Source: Promethearchaeota archaeon (GTDB taxonomy: Archaea; Asgardarchaeota; Lokiarchaeia; Sigyniarchaeales; SOKP01). From it: 29,171 nt of DNA. Where the stretch lies: the NCBI GenBank assembly GCA_048941015.1, contig JBHLNZ010000040.1, positions 1 through 29,171 of the forward strand, read 5' to 3'. Each line of letters begins with the position of its first letter. Within the stretch, counting starts at the first letter, position 1. The notes below the pieces were generated by a model, which made no database searches, had not been told where the DNA came from, and was given only the letters and a program-made list of their open reading frames with translations. A program made the translations under genes and the position numbers. This document shows positions 7,425-18,667 of this stretch, piece after piece.

Positions 7425-8777
7425 ATGATTGAAAAGCATGATCCTAAAAGGAAAGAGATGTGTGATGCGGTAATTGAAAGGATAAAAGAAGAAGATATTA
7501 GGTTTATATATCTTCAATTTACCGATATTCATGGAATCATTAAATCCTTTGAAATAAATTCGAGAAGGATTGAAGAAATTTTTGAAGATGGAGAGAATTT
7601 CGATGGAAGTTCTATCACGGGTTATGGGGCTATAGAAGAATCAGATAAGGTTGCGCTTCCTGATCCAAGCACATTTTATCTTCTTCCATGGAGGAAAGAG
7701 AATAAAGTTGCTCGAGTTATTTGTGATATTTACAAGCCTGATGGAGAACGTTATGAAGGAGATCCACGTGCAATTTTACAGCGAGCAGTTAAAAAAGCGA
7801 AGGATCTGGGATATACTTATTTTTGTGCTCCTGAGATGGAATTTTTTATAATAACTCCGGATACAGAACAAGCTTTTAAACCATCAGATATGAGAGGTTA
7901 TTTTGATTATGATCCTTATGATATCAATGAGATGATAAGGTATAGGATAGCAGAATACAGCGATGCAATGGGAATATCTGTAGAATGTGAGCATCATGAA
8001 GTTGCGTATGGGCAACATGAGATAGATTTCAGATATGACGAAGCAGTTAATACTGCAGATAATACAATTACGATTAAAGCAATTGTAAAAACTGTTTCAG
8101 CACAGCACAATTTAATAGGGACGTTTATGCCTAAACCCTTTGAAGGAATTAATGGATCGGGGATGCATGTACACCAATCCCTTTGGAAGAATGGAAATAA
8201 CGTATTTTATGATGAAAATGATAAGGATAGCATTTCCCTTTTAATGAAGAAGTGGATAGCTGGTCAACTTAAACATGCGATACCAATGTGTGCTGTATTA
8301 AGCAGTTGGCCTAACTCATATAAAAGATTAGTTCCCGGTTATGAGGCACCAGTTTACCTTGCTTGGGGATTCCGAAATAGATCACCATTACTTAGAGTCC
8401 CAGATTTTCATGGTAAATCTAGTGCTGCCCGATGTGAAATAAGATGTCCTGATCCAGCAGGGAATCCATATTTGCAATTTGCAGTATTACTTTCTGCAGG
8501 CATGGATGGAATCATGTCAGATAATATAGATATTCCTGATGCGACAGATAGAAACGTGTATCATTTATCATCAAAGGAAATGGAAAAAGAAGGAATAATT
8601 TCTTTACCGGGGAGCTTACATGAAGCCTTAAAATATTTTAGGAATTCAGAGTTTATGAAAGAAATTTTTGGCGAATTAGCATTTAAGAATTATTATTATG
8701 CTAAATTAGAAGAATATGATGCATATCGAATGGTAGTGAGTGAATGGGAGAGGAATAGGTATATAACTCGCTTATAA
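7425..8777 (+). CDS. glnA: Glutamine synthetase type I
   Basis: FDGSSI, APEMEFF, HHEVAYGQHEI, TFMPKPF.G.NGSGMHVHQSL, NSYKRLVPGYEAP, NRS, EIRCPDP motifs. Confidence 0.97.
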   Translation: MIEKHDPKRKEMCDAVIERIKEEDIRFIYLQFTDIHGIIKSFEINSRRIEEIFEDGENFDGSSITGYGAIEESDKVALPDPSTFYLLPWRKENKVARVICDIYKPDGERYEGDPRAILQRAVKKAKDLGYTYFCAPEMEFFIITPDTEQAFKPSDMRGYFDYDPYDINEMIRYRIAEYSDAMGISVECEHHEVAYGQHEIDFRYDEAVNTADNTITIKAIVKTVSAQHNLIGTFMPKPFEGINGSGMHVHQSLWKNGNNVFYDENDKDSISLLMKKWIAGQLKHAIPMCAVLSSWPNSYKRLVPGYEAPVYLAWGFRNRSPLLRVPDFHGKSSAARCEIRCPDPAGNPYLQFAVLLSAGMDGIMSDNIDIPDATDRNVYHLSSKEMEKEGIISLPGSLHEALKYFRNSEFMKEIFGELAFKNYYYAKLEEYDAYRMVVSEWERNRYITRL

Positions 8778-8802
8778 TCTTCTTTATTTTAATTAAAAAG
8801 TT

Positions 8803-10842
8803 TTAAAGAGTTATTGAAATTTTTAATAACTCTTCATTTTTAGATGAAGGTCCAGCAAAAATGGTATAGGGAATATTTTCAACTTCCCACGATTTTGTTT
8901 CCGGATTATACCATGCTAAATCTTTTTTTTTGATCTTAATTAACGCAGTTTTTGTTTCTTGTGGATTCAATGCCAGTTTTGTGAAGCCTTTAAGTAACTT
9001 ATTGGGTCTATCAATTTTAGATTGTTTAAAACCAACGTAAACTTGTACTGCTTCTTCTCCAGCTCTAGATCCTATGTTTGATACGTCAATGCGTACTATA
9101 ATTTCATCATTTAAAACTTCTACTTTAAGATTTTCATATTTATAACCAGTATAACTTAATCCAAATCCAAAAGGAAATGCAGGTTCAATATTTTCTTTTT
9201 CCATTAAAGTATAACCATGATAATAACCGTACTCAACCTCATCTGCCTCTGTATCGAATAATGGCAGATCGGAGGGATCTCTCGGAATTGTAAAAGGCAA
9301 TTTACCACTCGGATTTACTTTTCCAAAGATAATGCTCGCTAATGCATTACCGCCTTCCATTCCAGAATACCAGGCCATTAATATAGCAGGAACACAATCT
9401 TTCCATTCTTCCATTATGATTGCGCTTCCTCCTATTAAAACCACAATACATTTTGGATTAACCTTTGAAATCTCCTGAATTAATTGTATATCATGAGGGC
9501 GTAATCCTAAATTTGTCCGATCTCCCCCAACTTTAAATTCTTTTATGTATTCACCCTCATCTTTATAAGTATAACCTACGATTAATACTACTGCATCTGA
9601 TGATAATGCAATATTTTTTGCGGTATCTAAATCCTTTCCCGAGTTATAAACAATATTAACGCCATCACCAAGAAAATTAGTAAATCCTTGTAAAGGAGTA
9701 ACTACTTTTTCTTGGCGAACTCTACTACTTCCATGATCTCCTGTATTTTTCAAATCTGCCAAGCGACCAATCAAAGCTAAGGTTTTAATATTTTGTAAAT
9801 TAAGTGGTAATGTAGCACGTTCGTTTTTGAGCAAAACCATACTTTTTTCTGCAACTTCACGTGATATTTTAATATGATCTTCACATGCTATAATATCTTT
9901 ACTATATGCTTGAGGATCTTTTTTAGTTGTAAATCGTAAAATAGTTTTTATAACTCTTCGAGCAGCATCATTAATTAACTCCATAGATACTTCTCCTTTT
10001 TGAATCGCTCTTTTTAACTTAATTTTTCTATAATGCTTTACTCTAGGCATTTCTACATCTAAACCCCCAGTTATTCCAGCAATAGTATTTCTTAGACCAT
10101 ACATCCAATCTGAATGAATAAAACCTTCAAATCCCCAATCTCCCTTGACAATATTTCTCAACAAATAGGAATTATGTCCACAATATTCACCGCGGAATTT
10201 ATTGTAAGCAGACATAACTGTAGCAGAGCCTTCTTCTATACATCGCTTAAAGTGAGGTAGATAGACTTCTCTTAAAGTGCGTTCATCCATTTCAACATTC
10301 ACTTTAAATCGAGTGAATTCAATGCTATTCGCTGCAAAATGCTTGATGGTTGCCATTACATTATGTTTTTGAACACCTCGTACTAAAGCAGCACCAAATT
10401 CACCTAAAAGAAATGTATCTTCTCCATAGGTTTCTTGAGCACGACCCCATCCAGGATGACGTAGCAGATTTATACATACGCCACCAAAAAGATTTCCTCC
10501 ATGAGCACGAACTTCTTTTCCGATAACCTCGCCTACTCTCTCTTCCAAATTAGTATCCCAAGAAGCAGCACGAGCCATAGAGACTGGAAAACACGTGGAT
10601 CCAGGAATAATGACTCCACGAGGACCATCAGTAAATCGAAATGGAGGTATTCCTAATCGTTTTACTCCTCCAGCTGGATATGCTCGTGCTCCAAACTTTC
10701 TATCCATTACTATATACTTAAAAAAGCCATTACCCGACATCTGATATACTTTTTCTTCAAATGTCATTTGGTTTAGTAGCTTTTCTACTAATTGTTCAAT
10801 TTCTTCTTTATTTAATCCTTTTTTAATTTCTAAATTTTCCAT
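8803..10842 (-). CDS. Glycoside hydrolase family 3 beta-glucosidase, cytoplasmic, with C-terminal Fn3-like domain
   Basis: TDGPRG, GRAQETYGED, KHFAAN, VMSAYN, nucleophile SDW, NPSGKLPFT, FPFGFGLSYT. No signal peptide. Confidence 0.95.
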   Translation of the reverse strand: MENLEIKKGLNKEEIEQLVEKLLNQMTFEEKVYQMSGNGFFKYIVMDRKFGARAYPAGGVKRLGIPPFRFTDGPRGVIIPGSTCFPVSMARAASWDTNLEERVGEVIGKEVRAHGGNLFGGVCINLLRHPGWGRAQETYGEDTFLLGEFGAALVRGVQKHNVMATIKHFAANSIEFTRFKVNVEMDERTLREVYLPHFKRCIEEGSATVMSAYNKFRGEYCGHNSYLLRNIVKGDWGFEGFIHSDWMYGLRNTIAGITGGLDVEMPRVKHYRKIKLKRAIQKGEVSMELINDAARRVIKTILRFTTKKDPQAYSKDIIACEDHIKISREVAEKSMVLLKNERATLPLNLQNIKTLALIGRLADLKNTGDHGSSRVRQEKVVTPLQGFTNFLGDGVNIVYNSGKDLDTAKNIALSSDAVVLIVGYTYKDEGEYIKEFKVGGDRTNLGLRPHDIQLIQEISKVNPKCIVVLIGGSAIIMEEWKDCVPAILMAWYSGMEGGNALASIIFGKVNPSGKLPFTIPRDPSDLPLFDTEADEVEYGYYHGYTLMEKENIEPAFPFGFGLSYTGYKYENLKVEVLNDEIIVRIDVSNIGSRAGEEAVQVYVGFKQSKIDRPNKLLKGFTKLALNPQETKTALIKIKKKDLAWYNPETKSWEVENIPYTIFAGPSSKNEELLKISITL

Positions 10843-10936
10843 TTTTACTCAAAATCAGAATATCATTACTTAATAATAAAATCCCCTAATGTTATGAACA
10901 AATGTAAAATAATTTATTTAATTTTTGACTTTAAAA

Positions 10937-12754
10937 TTATGTTTTCATCTTACCGATTTCTTCAATATATTTAAGAGACTGATGTCTAAAGTAGGTATTG
11001 TAAAGTTGGGCATAATAACCTCCACGTTGCATTAATTCTGAGTGGTTTCCTTCTTCTATAATTTTACCATTTTCTATAACAATGATTCGATTTACTTTTC
11101 TTACTGTCCATAATCGATGAGCAATAATAATAGAAGTTCTACCTTCCATTGTTTTTTCTAATGCTTCTTGAATACGTGTTTCTGTAAAAGGATCAACGGA
11201 GGCAGTTGCTTCGTCAAGAATTAGAATTGAAGGATTTTCTAATAATACCCTTGCAAAAGCAACCAATTGTCGTTGTCCCATTGAGAGAAGATTACCTCTT
11301 TCACCTACATTTGTGTCTAATCCATTTGAAAGACTATTTATCCAATCTGAACCACCAGCTCTATCTAATGCAACCATTACATCATCACAATTGACAGAAC
11401 TACAACCATAGCTGATATTTTTTTCAACTGTATCTGCCCATAAAAAGGGTGTCTGTGGAATGATTCCAATTTGTTCGCGGTATTTTTTTAAATTGTAATT
11501 ACGAATACTTATTCCATCTACTAAAATATCGCCTCCCTGGAATTCATAAAATCTAGCTATTAATTTTGCAATACTAGATTTTCCTGCTCCAGTGTGGCCC
11601 ACAAGAGCTATAGATTCTCCAGGATTTATCTTAAGAGAAAAATTGTCGAAAATTTTTTTGTTTTCCTCGTATTGAAAAATCAGATTTTTAAATTCAACCT
11701 CTCCACGCAACTTTGAAGGATCGATATTATCTTTTTGAACAACAACAGGAGGTGAATCTATTATTGCAAAAATTCTTTCTGAAGCAGATAAACCAGATTG
11801 GAATTGGGGCCAAAAGGAAGCAATGGTGAGTAAAGGAAAAAAGAGAAATGACAAACTCTGGAAAAAAAAGTTGAATTCTCCAGCATTAAATACTCCTAAA
11901 ATTAAAAAATTACCTCCATAATAAACTAAAATTGTTAAGACAACACCTTGAATGATCGAAAGGGTAGGGAAAATCGCATTCAATATAAGTGCTCTCCTTA
12001 GATTAACTTTATAAGATTGTACATTAACTTGATTGAATTGTTCATATAATTTAGGTTCTTGTCTGAATGTTTTTGCTATTTGTATGCCTGAGAAACTCTC
12101 TTTTACAAAAGCATTTACGGAAGCTAAAGCCCTTTGTCCTAAAAGGGTCATTTTCCTTGCAAATTTGCGATAAGATAAAGCAATAAGAAAAAATAGAGGG
12201 ATCATAATTAACATTGCTAAGGTTAGTGTTACATTGATTATCAACAAAAGTATAATTAAAATGATCATAACAATAGCATTTGAAGCCACCTCGATTGTTA
12301 AATCAACGGTCTGAGCAAAGTCACGACTATCAGTATTAATTCGACTGACAATCTTCCCTACTGGATTTTTATCGAAAAACGAGAGATCATGATCTAAAAC
12401 TGATTGAGTTGCATCTTTTCTTAAATCTAACTCTACATTCCCTATTGCTTTTGCTGCATATATGTATCTAAAGTAATTGAAAACGTAGGTCAAGATATTA
12501 AGGATTAATATCAAACCAATTAACAATATAAAACTAAAAATAGTAGGATCAGCTGCTAAATTGTTAATGGCTATTGATGTGATTAACGGAACAAATGAGT
12601 TTGAAAGAGAAGATAAAATTAGGAGAAAAATTACGATACTTATGTATTTCTTATAAGGGTTGAAATATTGGAAGATTCTTTTTAATAAAGCCCTATCTTT
12701 GATTTCTCTATCATACTCCTCGGCTTCTAAACCTACCCATACCATTTTATACAA
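10937..12754 (-). CDS. ABC exporter (TMD-NBD half transporter), subunit B of a heterodimer
   Basis: TM region plus Walker A GHTGAGKS, signature LSMGQRQ, Walker B ILDEAT, IAHRL. True start may be ATG at 12745. Confidence 0.95.
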   Translation of the reverse strand: MYKMVWVGLEAEEYDREIKDRALLKRIFQYFNPYKKYISIVIFLLILSSLSNSFVPLITSIAINNLAADPTIFSFILLIGLILILNILTYVFNYFRYIYAAKAIGNVELDLRKDATQSVLDHDLSFFDKNPVGKIVSRINTDSRDFAQTVDLTIEVASNAIVMIILIILLLIINVTLTLAMLIMIPLFFLIALSYRKFARKMTLLGQRALASVNAFVKESFSGIQIAKTFRQEPKLYEQFNQVNVQSYKVNLRRALILNAIFPTLSIIQGVVLTILVYYGGNFLILGVFNAGEFNFFFQSLSFLFFPLLTIASFWPQFQSGLSASERIFAIIDSPPVVVQKDNIDPSKLRGEVEFKNLIFQYEENKKIFDNFSLKINPGESIALVGHTGAGKSSIAKLIARFYEFQGGDILVDGISIRNYNLKKYREQIGIIPQTPFLWADTVEKNISYGCSSVNCDDVMVALDRAGGSDWINSLSNGLDTNVGERGNLLSMGQRQLVAFARVLLENPSILILDEATASVDPFTETRIQEALEKTMEGRTSIIIAHRLWTVRKVNRIIVIENGKIIEEGNHSELMQRGGYYAQLYNTYFRHQSLKYIEEIGKMKT

Positions 12755-14588
12755 CCCCTTTTATTAATTCTTGCTCATCAAGGTCAAACTTCTTAACGAA
12801 TATTTTTCTATATTCTTCTGAAGTCCTTAGAAGTTCTTGATGATCTCCTTTAGCTTCGATTTTACCATCCTTTAAGACAATTATTAGGTCTGCCCATCTA
12901 ATTTGGCTTAACCTATGAGTAATTAAAAAGGTAGTTCTATTTCGTAAAATATTCTTAATAGCATATTGTATTTTATCTTCAGTATTCGAATCAATTGCTG
13001 ATGTTGAGTCATCTAATATAAGTATTTTTGGATCAGCAAGGAATGCTCTGGCAATTGCTATACGTTGTCTTTCACCTCCACTTAATAGGACGCCTCTCTC
13101 TCCAATTTTTGATTCATATTCTTCAGGTAATTCATTAATGAATTCATGGGCTTGAGCTTGTTTTGCCGCTTCTATTACTTTTTCTTTAGAGCCAATTCGA
13201 CCAAAGGAAATATTTTCAAAAACTGAAAAGGAAAATAAGAACACATCTTGTTCAATATAAGATATTTGAGCTCTAAGTGATTTTAATGCAAAATCCCTAA
13301 TATCTTCACCATCAATAAGTATTTTCCCTTCAGATACATCATATAATCTTGAAATTAATTTGGTTAATGTAGTTTTCCCTGACCCTGTTGTTCCAACAAT
13401 TGCTACGGTTTGACCTGGTTTAACCTCAAATGTAATGTCTCTTAAAACTAAATTGGTAGTTCCTGGATAACTGAAAGATACACCTTCAAAATTTATTGCC
13501 CCTTGTATTTCTTTCTGTATTCCATTAGGGTTTTCATCAATTTCTGTTTCTTGGTTCATCAACTCAAGTAATCTTTTTGCACTACTTCCAGCTATTTTTA
13601 TTATTGCAAACACAAAAATCGAGATAAATGTGGAGAAATATAACAAATTCAATAAACCAATATAAGAAATAATTTGACCGATATTCATTAATCCTAAATT
13701 GAATAATATTAGTGAATGTGCTAAACCTATGGCAATAACTATGCCCAAAAATAAAATAGGCATATATTTAGCTTGAATTTTTCCCTGTTGTAAATATGCA
13801 TCTCTATATTTTTTTGCAAACATAAGATACCTATCTAACTCATAGGTTTCTTGGGTTGAACCTTTCACTATTTCAATACCAGAAAGAGCTTCATTTAAGG
13901 TTGCATTAATCATACCGAAATTCATTCTTAAATCTCCTGTAACAGGGGATAATTTTTTGTTATATCTTCTTAATGATATAATAAATAGAATGGTAAAAGT
14001 AATAGGTTCAAATATTAATTGAATGGGATAAAAGAGTAAAATAAAAATTATTGGAATTACTAAAGTTGTAAAAGATTCGAAAATAAGAGAAACAGCAGGA
14101 CTTATTAAAAAATTTAGCATTCTAACATCGTCTGTTACTCTTGCCATAAGATCTCCAACTCTTTGCTTATCATGAAAAGATTGGGATTTGCCTAATAGAA
14201 TTCCATAAAATTCTTTCCTTGTATCACGTTCAAGTCTTTGAGCTAAAATTTCTCTTAAACCATAATTTAAAAGCCTTAATATCGGAGTCATTAATCCAAG
14301 AAATAATATCGTTATTGTATAGAATAGAAGACTACCAATATTTGCATTTAAAAATTGTTCAACAGCATTACCTATCGAAATAGATATATTTGAAGCTAAA
14401 ATTGAGGCAAGGATAGTCGTAAAAAAAACTATAAATATCAATATTTTATTTGTCCCATAAAAAATGTGCGATAAAATCCATCTAAGTACTCCCTTTTTTC
14501 GAGCCTTTTGAAAATGATCTTTACCAGGAGAAAATTCTAAGATTTGGTTTTGATTTTTAATACCAGTACTTTTAGGCAAACAGAACAC
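12747..14588 (-). CDS. ABC exporter (TMD-NBD half transporter), subunit A with degenerate Walker B
   Basis: GTTGSGKT, LSGGERQR, ILDDST (catalytic E replaced by D, as in TM287/288-type heterodimers). True start may be TTG at 14579 after AGGTG. Confidence 0.95.
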   Translation of the reverse strand: MFCLPKSTGIKNQNQILEFSPGKDHFQKARKKGVLRWILSHIFYGTNKILIFIVFFTTILASILASNISISIGNAVEQFLNANIGSLLFYTITILFLGLMTPILRLLNYGLREILAQRLERDTRKEFYGILLGKSQSFHDKQRVGDLMARVTDDVRMLNFLISPAVSLIFESFTTLVIPIIFILLFYPIQLIFEPITFTILFIISLRRYNKKLSPVTGDLRMNFGMINATLNEALSGIEIVKGSTQETYELDRYLMFAKKYRDAYLQQGKIQAKYMPILFLGIVIAIGLAHSLILFNLGLMNIGQIISYIGLLNLLYFSTFISIFVFAIIKIAGSSAKRLLELMNQETEIDENPNGIQKEIQGAINFEGVSFSYPGTTNLVLRDITFEVKPGQTVAIVGTTGSGKTTLTKLISRLYDVSEGKILIDGEDIRDFALKSLRAQISYIEQDVFLFSFSVFENISFGRIGSKEKVIEAAKQAQAHEFINELPEEYESKIGERGVLLSGGERQRIAIARAFLADPKILILDDSTSAIDSNTEDKIQYAIKNILRNRTTFLITHRLSQIRWADLIIVLKDGKIEAKGDHQELLRTSEEYRKIFVKKFDLDEQELIKGVV

Positions 14589-14747
14589 CTTATTTATACA
14601 ATTACAAAATATACTCTTTAATCTTTTAATTAATGAGATAAAAAAAAGAATAATTAATAGACTTTATAGCTTTAAATTATAAATGCGCATCTATTTAGAA
14701 AATAATGTATTTATAATACCTATTATAGAGTGAAATGATATCGAAAA

Positions 14748-16397
14748 ATGATGCGTAAAAATCTAAAATTAGTAATTGGCCAAATTAACCCTATTGTAGG
14801 GGATATAGAATATAATAAGAGTAAAATGGTCGAAATTATAGAAAAATATAGCGACATGGATCTAATAATTTTTCCTGAGATGGCCTTAGTTGGTTATCCA
14901 ATTATGGATCATATTTACGATCCGATAATTAGAGAGAGAAATCTACAAGCAATAGAGGAAATTAAGAATATTGATTCAGATGCAGCCATTATACTAGGTA
15001 CGTTTACAGAATCAGATGAAATAAAGGAAAAAGTACATCCTTTTTATAACTCAGCTCTAATTATTGAAAATAATAAAATTAGAGAAGTAATTAACAAAAG
15101 ATTACTCCCAAATTACGATGTTTTTGATGAGCGCAGATATTTCACTTTCGAAAAAGACTTTAATCCAATCGAAATTAAGGGAGTTAAAGTTGGTATATTG
15201 GTATGTGAAGATTTATGGGATGATTTTTATGAACTAAAGGTTTCTAAGAACCTTGTAAATAATGGAGCAGAATTATTAATTGTTATAAATGCTTCTCCTT
15301 ATCATATTGGAAAATTTAAACTGAGAAGTGATTTAGTCTGTGAAAAGGCTAAAGATTTAGGGATCTCTATTGTATATGTGAACATGGTTGGTGGTCTTGA
15401 TGAAATTGTTTACGATGGTCAAAGCTTTATTTCTAATAAGCAGGGGCAAATTATCTTCAAAGCTAAAGGATTCGAAGAGGAGGTCTCTGCTTTTAATTTA
15501 ACTATTGAAAATGTAAAATTAAAAGAAGAAATAAGTTATGAAATTGATTGGCGTGAAGAAGTCCTTAAAGCTTTAAAATTAAATTTATATGATTATTATT
15601 ACAAGAGCAATATTTTTAGTGGTGTGGTATTAGGTCTAAGTGGAGGTATAGATTCTGCCTTTACAGCGTATATATGTGCTGAAGCTTTGGGTCCGGATAA
15701 AGTGAATGCTATAATGATGCCAACTAAATTTACATCTCAAGAAAGTTTAAATTTGGCTAAACAATTTTGTAAAAATTTGAAAATTAACTACATTATTCAT
15801 TCTATAGATGATTTATTTGAAGCTTATGAAAAATCATTAAAGCAAAACATGGGAGATTTGCCATTTGATATAGCAGACGAGAATCTTCAAGCCCGTATTA
15901 GAGCAACAATTTTAATGTATTACTCTAATAAGTTTAATTGGCTGTTAGTATCTACGGGCAACAAATCTGAAATAGCTGTAGGGTATTGTACACTTTATGG
16001 TGATACTAATGGAGGTAAAAATGTACCTGGAGATCTTTTAAAGGTTCAAATTTATGATATATGCAATTATATAAATAAAGATAAAAAAATTATACCAAAT
16101 GGAATTATTACACGACCTCCAACAGCAGAGTTGAGAGAAAATCAAAAAGATAGTGATTCAATTCCTCCCTATGAAATTCTTGACCGTATATTGGAAGAAA
16201 TCATAGAGCATGGTGTTGGAGATGAATTAAAACATTTAGAAAGTGAAGATATTGATATCCAAACAATTCTAAAAGTGAGACGACTTTATTTGAATTCTGA
16301 ATATAAAAGAAGACAATTGGTTCAAACTATAAAAGTAAGCCAGAGTGCTTTTGGTATAGGACGTCGATATCCTGTATTAAAAAGAATAAAATTTTAG
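14748..16397 (+). CDS. nadE: Glutamine-dependent NAD+ synthetase
   Basis: Nitrilase domain with FPE / KRLLPNYDVFDERRYF / VCEDLW triad; synthetase GLSGGIDS, ENLQARIR, TGNKSE, GYCTLYGD. Confidence 0.97.
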   Translation: MMRKNLKLVIGQINPIVGDIEYNKSKMVEIIEKYSDMDLIIFPEMALVGYPIMDHIYDPIIRERNLQAIEEIKNIDSDAAIILGTFTESDEIKEKVHPFYNSALIIENNKIREVINKRLLPNYDVFDERRYFTFEKDFNPIEIKGVKVGILVCEDLWDDFYELKVSKNLVNNGAELLIVINASPYHIGKFKLRSDLVCEKAKDLGISIVYVNMVGGLDEIVYDGQSFISNKQGQIIFKAKGFEEEVSAFNLTIENVKLKEEISYEIDWREEVLKALKLNLYDYYYKSNIFSGVVLGLSGGIDSAFTAYICAEALGPDKVNAIMMPTKFTSQESLNLAKQFCKNLKINYIIHSIDDLFEAYEKSLKQNMGDLPFDIADENLQARIRATILMYYSNKFNWLLVSTGNKSEIAVGYCTLYGDTNGGKNVPGDLLKVQIYDICNYINKDKKIIPNGIITRPPTAELRENQKDSDSIPPYEILDRILEEIIEHGVGDELKHLESEDIDIQTILKVRRLYLNSEYKRRQLVQTIKVSQSAFGIGRRYPVLKRIKF

Positions 16398-16426
16398 AAT
16401 GAAAAATTCAAACCTAACATTTAGGA

Positions 16427-16963
16427 TTAAAGCAGACCAGAATTGCTCATCATTACTTTAGTAATATTTTCAAAAATATTATCAACATTCTCACCAGTTT
16501 TAGCAGAACATTCAAAATATCCCTGTAAATTACGTGATTTTGCTATTTCCATTGCCTCTTGAGTATCAACAGAAACATTTTCTTCAAGATCTAGTTTTCC
16601 TCCGACCATGATTATTGGAATATTTGTTTTTGAATTCTTCATCTCTTCAATAAAAATAGAAAGCCAATTATCAATATTTTTTAAGCTATTATATCGTGTA
16701 AGATCAAACATAAAGACTCCACCTTGAGCTCCTTTTACAAAACTTGGAAATAAAATCTTATATCTCTCTTCTCCCGCGAAATCCCAAATTTGAAGTCTAA
16801 CTAATTGATCTTCAATTTCAATATCTTTTATGCTAAGATCTGTCCCGATTGTCATTTTAAGGTCTTCATTAAAGACTCTTGTGAGATATCTGTGAGTTAA
16901 AGAGGTTTTACCAACCCCACCATCTCCAAAAATACATAGCTTGAATTTAATGTTATCATTCAA
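16427..16963 (-). CDS. Rab-like small GTPase (Ras superfamily, Asgard type)
   Basis: G1 GDGGVGKT, G2 TIG, G3 WDFAG, G4 variant GGKLD, G5 CSAK. TTG start with AGGTG RBS. No prenylation Cys. Confidence 0.93.
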   Translation of the reverse strand: MNDNIKFKLCIFGDGGVGKTSLTHRYLTRVFNEDLKMTIGTDLSIKDIEIEDQLVRLQIWDFAGEERYKILFPSFVKGAQGGVFMFDLTRYNSLKNIDNWLSIFIEEMKNSKTNIPIIMVGGKLDLEENVSVDTQEAMEIAKSRNLQGYFECSAKTGENVDNIFENITKVMMSNSGLL

Positions 16964-17177
16964 GTAAAAACACCTGCGAGTTTAGATATTTAATTGTTAT
17001 GAAAATTAATATTAAAATAATATATTTAACTCATTTAAACTTAGTTAAATACAAAATATGAATTGATTGATAAAAACGAAATGTGAACAATTTAAAACAA
17101 ATTTTAATTTAGAGGAGCTTCATTAAATCTTCCTCTAACCATTTTCGGATTTGATAGGTACAATATAAGAAAATTTG

Positions 17178-17223
17178 ATATATTCTATGGATTAATCTAT
17201 ATAATATATGATCTATATATTCT
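17178..17223. promoter_or_regulatory. Putative phosphate-responsive AT-rich boxes upstream of alkaline phosphatase
   Basis: ATATATTCTAT (17178-17188), TCTATAT (17196), CTATATATTCT (17213-17223). The same words recur upstream of phoU. Confidence 0.4.
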
Positions 17224-17320
17224 TGAAATTGTTAACATATTAGAAAAGAAGAAATAATTAGTAGTAATTTATAAAAACCATAAATAGCTTATAAATTTCA
17301 ATATATATGAAATTATAGCC

Positions 17321-18667
17321 ATGAAAATAAGAAAATTTATAATTTTATGGGTAGTGATTTCTTCTACTCTATTACCTATTGGTATAAGCAATAAAATCTC
17401 TAGTAATGAGAGATTATTATTCGAAAGTCCATCTTCTAAGCCACAAATTACCTATAATAAGGACAATAAAACTATAATCCTGATGATTGGAGATGGAATG
17501 GACCATGAGCATCTAAAGTTAGCTAAATGGGTTGAGATTGGTAAAAATAATTGTTTTTCTTTTGAGCTAGTCCCAATCATAGATAATGTGACGACATATA
17601 GTGCTGATAATTCTGTCACTGATTCTGCTGCTGCTGCTACTGCTATAGCTACAGGTTATAAGACTAATAATGGCTATTTATCAATATTACCGAGTTTGAT
17701 ATCTGTTCAGACTATACTTGAAATGGCACAAGAAAAGGGAAAATCATCTGGAATAGTCTCAACAACAGAAGTTACTCATGCAACTCCTGCAGCTTTTATG
17801 ACGCATGTGACATCAAGATCCCAAACATCAGAAATTGCAAGACAAATTGTTGAAGAATCTGGAGTTGATATTATAATGGGAGGGGGAAAAGTCTATTTTA
17901 ATTCACAACAAATTAATCAAATGCAGATGAATGGATATCAAATAGTAGAAAATAAAACCGGACTTCAAAGTATTTCCTCAGGAAAACTTTTTGGATTGTT
18001 CGCAGACAGTCATTTACCTTATGAAATAGATCGCGATTATAGTCTAACTCCATCATTAGCAGATATGACTGATAAAGCAATTGAGCTTTTATCTCAAGAT
18101 CCTGATGGATTCTTTTTAATGGTCGAAGGGGGTAAGATAGATCATGCAGGACATGCAAATAATAAAGTAAATGTTGCTTTAGAGACAATTGAATTCTATT
18201 ATGCTATTGAGAGAGCAATAACGTTTGTTAAAAATACAAAAAATTGCCTTTTAATTATAACTGCCGATCATGAAACTGGCGGTTTATTAATTTTAGGTGA
18301 TAATTTAAATAGCACATTACCTTCTCAAAGCAATACTCCTGAAGAAAATGAATTTTTAAGAATAAAACGATCTGAAAACATTTCAGTAAGTTGGTCAACT
18401 ACTTCTCATACCAATGCAGATGTTCCTTTTTATGCTTATGGGTTAGATGATGAAAGTATTAAGAATTTCACTGTAATTGATAATACTGATATTATTAAGA
18501 TCATGAAATCATTTTTACAAATAGAAAACCAAGAACCATTAAATATTGGATGGATAATAACTCTCGGAGCTGTTATCGCAATTACGGTCTCTTTTTTAAG
18601 TCTGTTTTCTTATAAAAAATTCAAGAGACTAAAAAATGAATCAAATATAAATAAAAATCTTTTCTAA
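17321..18667 (+). CDS. phoA: Alkaline phosphatase, secreted and C-terminally membrane anchored
   Basis: IGDGM, catalytic TDSAAAAT, THATPA, FFLMVEGGKIDHAGH, TADHETGG, HTNADVP. N-terminal signal and C-terminal TM plus basic tail. Confidence 0.93.
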   Translation: MKIRKFIILWVVISSTLLPIGISNKISSNERLLFESPSSKPQITYNKDNKTIILMIGDGMDHEHLKLAKWVEIGKNNCFSFELVPIIDNVTTYSADNSVTDSAAAATAIATGYKTNNGYLSILPSLISVQTILEMAQEKGKSSGIVSTTEVTHATPAAFMTHVTSRSQTSEIARQIVEESGVDIIMGGGKVYFNSQQINQMQMNGYQIVENKTGLQSISSGKLFGLFADSHLPYEIDRDYSLTPSLADMTDKAIELLSQDPDGFFLMVEGGKIDHAGHANNKVNVALETIEFYYAIERAITFVKNTKNCLLIITADHETGGLLILGDNLNSTLPSQSNTPEENEFLRIKRSENISVSWSTTSHTNADVPFYAYGLDDESIKNFTVIDNTDIIKIMKSFLQIENQEPLNIGWIITLGAVIAITVSFLSLFSYKKFKRLKNESNINKNLF

